Positions 62,036 through 64,000 of a DNA stretch of 64,000 nucleotides are shown here, piece after piece. The position numbers and the translations under genes were made by a program. The notes below the pieces were generated by a model. That model saw only the letters and a list, made by a program, of their open reading frames with translations, was not told the DNA's origin and made no database searches. Within the stretch, counting starts at the first letter, position 1. Every line of letters begins with the position of its first letter. Source of the DNA: a virus (Duplodnaviria; Heunggongvirae; Uroviricota; Caudoviricetes); IMG/VR virus record IMGVR_UViG_3300025000_000063, positions 1-64,000 of that record; one strand, 5' to 3'.

Positions 62036-62533
62036 TTAGATAATCATAATCCAAACAGCTACGTTGCCGGCGCCATCAGTGGTACCGATTGCAGCATCTG
62101 CTCCGGAAGAGGAGGAAAGGTTGGCCGCTTCCATTGCAATGCCAACGATCTGTTCCGTCAAATGTGGGTCATTTGAATCATCCGCAACGTGTACCTGGAG
62201 CAGGCCAGCCCCTGCGCTTTCCAACCTGGAACCGATGGAGGCATTCTGGCCGTTTTTAAGCCAGGCCTGGATGAAATCACCTCTCTGGGGTATAATACCG
62301 ACAACATTATCACCGGCAGCATAGGTATCGCCAACGTCTTTCCCCTGAAGCTCATCTTCAATGGCAAACATTACCGGGGACACCTGTCCACCAGCAGTAG
62401 CATGCATCCGGAATTTATTGGTGCTCATCAGTTCGATAAGGTGGCCGGGCTTCAAAGCCGCATTTGCCAGTCGTTCAAGCTGCACTCTCTGGGACTGTCC
62501 CTGGCGCAGATAAATCGTATTCTTGGAACTCAT
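62036..62533 (-). CDS. head decoration-like protein (165 aa)
   Basis: Position between the scaffold and the major capsid protein, as in lambda gpD. Gly/Ala-rich. Confidence 0.35.
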   Translation of the reverse strand: MSSKNTIYLRQGQSQRVQLERLANAALKPGHLIELMSTNKFRMHATAGGQVSPVMFAIEDELQGKDVGDTYAAGDNVVGIIPQRGDFIQAWLKNGQNASIGSRLESAGAGLLQVHVADDSNDPHLTEQIVGIAMEAANLSSSSGADAAIGTTDGAGNVAVWIMII

Positions 62534-62592
62534 CGTATTTCTCCTTATTGCTATTTATCTTGTATTTGGTTGTTCAATGCAAATCCACAGGG

Positions 62593-64000
62593 TTATTTTG
62601 CGTCTTTCCAGGCGTCTTCCAGTTCAGGGAGGGGTTCAACCCCTTCGGAATTGATAACCTGCCGGGCACCGCCGTTGCCGGCCCAATTTACGGGCGCGGG
62701 AACCATGGCAGCGAGTTTACCAAGCATATCCAGGCTGAAAGCCTTCAATTCATCATCGCTGAAGGAATTGGCCTTATTGGTTTTGATCCGGGAAACCAGG
62801 TTTTCTCTTTCCTGGGCAACAAGACGCTGTCCGTGCTGGATGGATTCCTGAAGCTTGGGGTCTGCATTTGCCAGCAGTTCATCAAAGGTTTTGGATTCTG
62901 CATTGACCTTGACTTCTTTTTCAACGACCTTGACCACTTCCTTTTCCACAACAGTGGGGGCGGACAGGTCAATAACACGGGCAAAAGCATCTTCTGACAT
63001 ATTCAGGAGCATCTCTTTGTCCGTTTCCTGGAATTTGGCATTGGCCTTGATCAGCTCATCGACCTTTGCCGGGCAACATTCACGCATTGTCTTCATTTCG
63101 TTCTCCTCGTTCTTCTTGTTATTTATTTCGTTTGCTGTTACATTGGTTTGAATTTCTTTGTACGTAATTTCCTGCTGAACCTCAACTGGCTCGGAAGTCC
63201 ATTCCACCTTACCATCCATCATTTTGTATTCTTTTTTGAAAAGCTTTGTGCCAGTGAATTTAGATTCCCTCTCATACACGATGTAATCCGGATACGCTGC
63301 CCTTATATAATGGTATACTTCACCATTAATATCATTAGGATAAAGGGCTGCACGTAAAGCGTCCATAATCCCTTGGTACGATTGGGGGTCTTTCGCTTTG
63401 TTCTCAGAAGGATGGATTAATTCTTCTCCGAAATTGATGGTGAAGGCAAGGGGGATAAGGGCTTCTTCCTGTTTGATGAATTCAGTGTTCTCATCGATAC
63501 CGGTAGAATTAACCACCGGGGGTTTTCTTCTTCTCATTTTTGGTTTCACCTCCTTTCCTTCTTTATTCTCGGTATTCGCTATATTGGCTCTCACGCCACA
63601 CCCATCTTTCCAGGAACAAGCCCCAGTTTCCCCTGGTAAAAGGGCCAAATGATCGGGTCGGATATTGTGAGCAACCGCCACATAATCCTGTCCGTTAAAA
63701 TTCCCAGTAACTTTCGGCCCTTCATCAAATAGGCCTGTGCTCACATCCAGCTTCATCCCAACCCGGAGTCCATTTAATAGTCCAGGAGCAAGCATTTCCA
63801 ATTTCTGCTCGTTCAACCAAAGTTCCGCTTTCAGTTTATTGTCTTGGAAGGTGGTATTAAATACGGTACCGACAACTTGGGTTTTATAGATTTCAGGCTG
63901 GTTTGCGCTGACAGGGGTGCCATTGAGATCAGGGTGTTTTAATGTAACAGGGGTGCCATTCCAGGTTTGGTGGAAATTGGCAAGGGTTTGCGCAGTGTAA
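62593..64000 (-). CDS. head maturation protease / scaffold fusion-like protein (partial, continues beyond the window end)
   Basis: The frame is open to the window edge. The C-terminal half is a Glu/Lys-rich coiled coil (EKEVVKVVEKEVKV), typical of scaffold domains. Confidence 0.45.
   Translation of the reverse strand, partial: YTAQTLANFHQTWNGTPVTLKHPDLNGTPVSANQPEIYKTQVVGTVFNTTFQDNKLKAELWLNEQKLEMLAPGLLNGLRVGMKLDVSTGLFDEGPKVTGNFNGQDYVAVAHNIRPDHLALLPGETGACSWKDGCGVRANIANTENKEGKEVKPKMRRRKPPVVNSTGIDENTEFIKQEEALIPLAFTINFGEELIHPSENKAKDPQSYQGIMDALRAALYPNDINGEVYHYIRAAYPDYIVYERESKFTGTKLFKKEYKMMDGKVEWTSEPVEVQQEITYKEIQTNVTANEINNKKNEENEMKTMRECCPAKVDELIKANAKFQETDKEMLLNMSEDAFARVIDLSAPTVVEKEVVKVVEKEVKVNAESKTFDELLANADPKLQESIQHGQRLVAQERENLVSRIKTNKANSFSDDELKAFSLDMLGKLAAMVPAPVNWAGNGGARQVINSEGVEPLPELEDAWKDAK

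Noticed and set aside
1-64000. Genome-wide stop-codon recoding suggested by the in-frame TGA at 5494
   Set aside because: Long ORFs, including the 1478 aa tape measure, are intact under the standard code, and genes terminate with TAA/TGA/TAG normally. A single interrupted gene does not support recoding.

Overview
This window reads as a contiguous 64 kb segment of a tailed, siphovirus-like dsDNA phage or prophage genome. It shows modular organisation, dense coding, strong AGGAG-type ribosome binding sites (RBS) and many overlapping stop/start junctions. It has four parts. (1) Bases 1-6300: an HNH homing endonuclease, then an AT-rich iteron array (about 700-1125), then about 14 small plus-strand early genes (hypotheticals plus a DenV-like pyrimidine-dimer glycosylase). 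Each early gene is preceded by a conserved promoter-like motif, TTGAYC-N17-TAAAWW, with an embedded TAYGGTYKATAAAA core. (2) Bases 6310-17545, minus strand: a leftward operon starting at a divergent promoter/operator region (17585-17700) next to an XRE repressor. It carries a Thg1-like tRNA 5'-repair polymerase, a PrimPol/helicase, a structured noncoding region (11636-12420), an Hjc-like resolvase, a 452 aa PEP-utilising/ATP-grasp-like enzyme, a dNMP-kinase-like P-loop kinase, a short PTH2-like peptidyl-tRNA hydrolase, a Cro-like HTH protein and two tandem ParB-like proteins. (3) Bases 17708-37749, plus strand: a rightward replication operon. It carries a 663 aa unknown protein, an SNF2 helicase, a radical SAM/SPASM-like enzyme interrupted at a U UUU UUA slippery run, an NfeD-like/SPFH pair, the DUF2800 nuclease / DUF2815 SSB-like / DEDDh exonuclease / family A DNA polymerase module, an HD hydrolase, a second HNH, and many small Cys-rich proteins. 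It is followed by a 670 bp noncoding region with two tRNA-like T-arm/acceptor fragments and hairpins. (4) Bases 38422-64000, minus strand: the late region (lysis and virion structural genes). It carries a lambda-like head module (protease/scaffold partial, decoration-like protein, gpE-like major capsid protein), head-tail connectors, major tail protein, a gpG/gpGT chaperone pair with a canonical A AAA AAC -1 frameshift site, a 1478 aa tape measure, distal tail proteins, a beta-helix tailspike with about 20 tandem 13 aa repeats, and a lysis cassette with an M23 peptidase. The most unusual feature sits between the capsid genes and the head-tail connectors: a seven-gene cluster (55273-60322) encoding a Stf0-like sulfotransferase, an APS kinase, four glycosyltransferase-like proteins and a radical SAM/SPASM enzyme. 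I read this as a candidate virion (or other) sulfo-glycan / modified-product biosynthesis system with no well-characterised equivalent I can name. All functional calls come from motif recognition by eye, and none was checked against a database.
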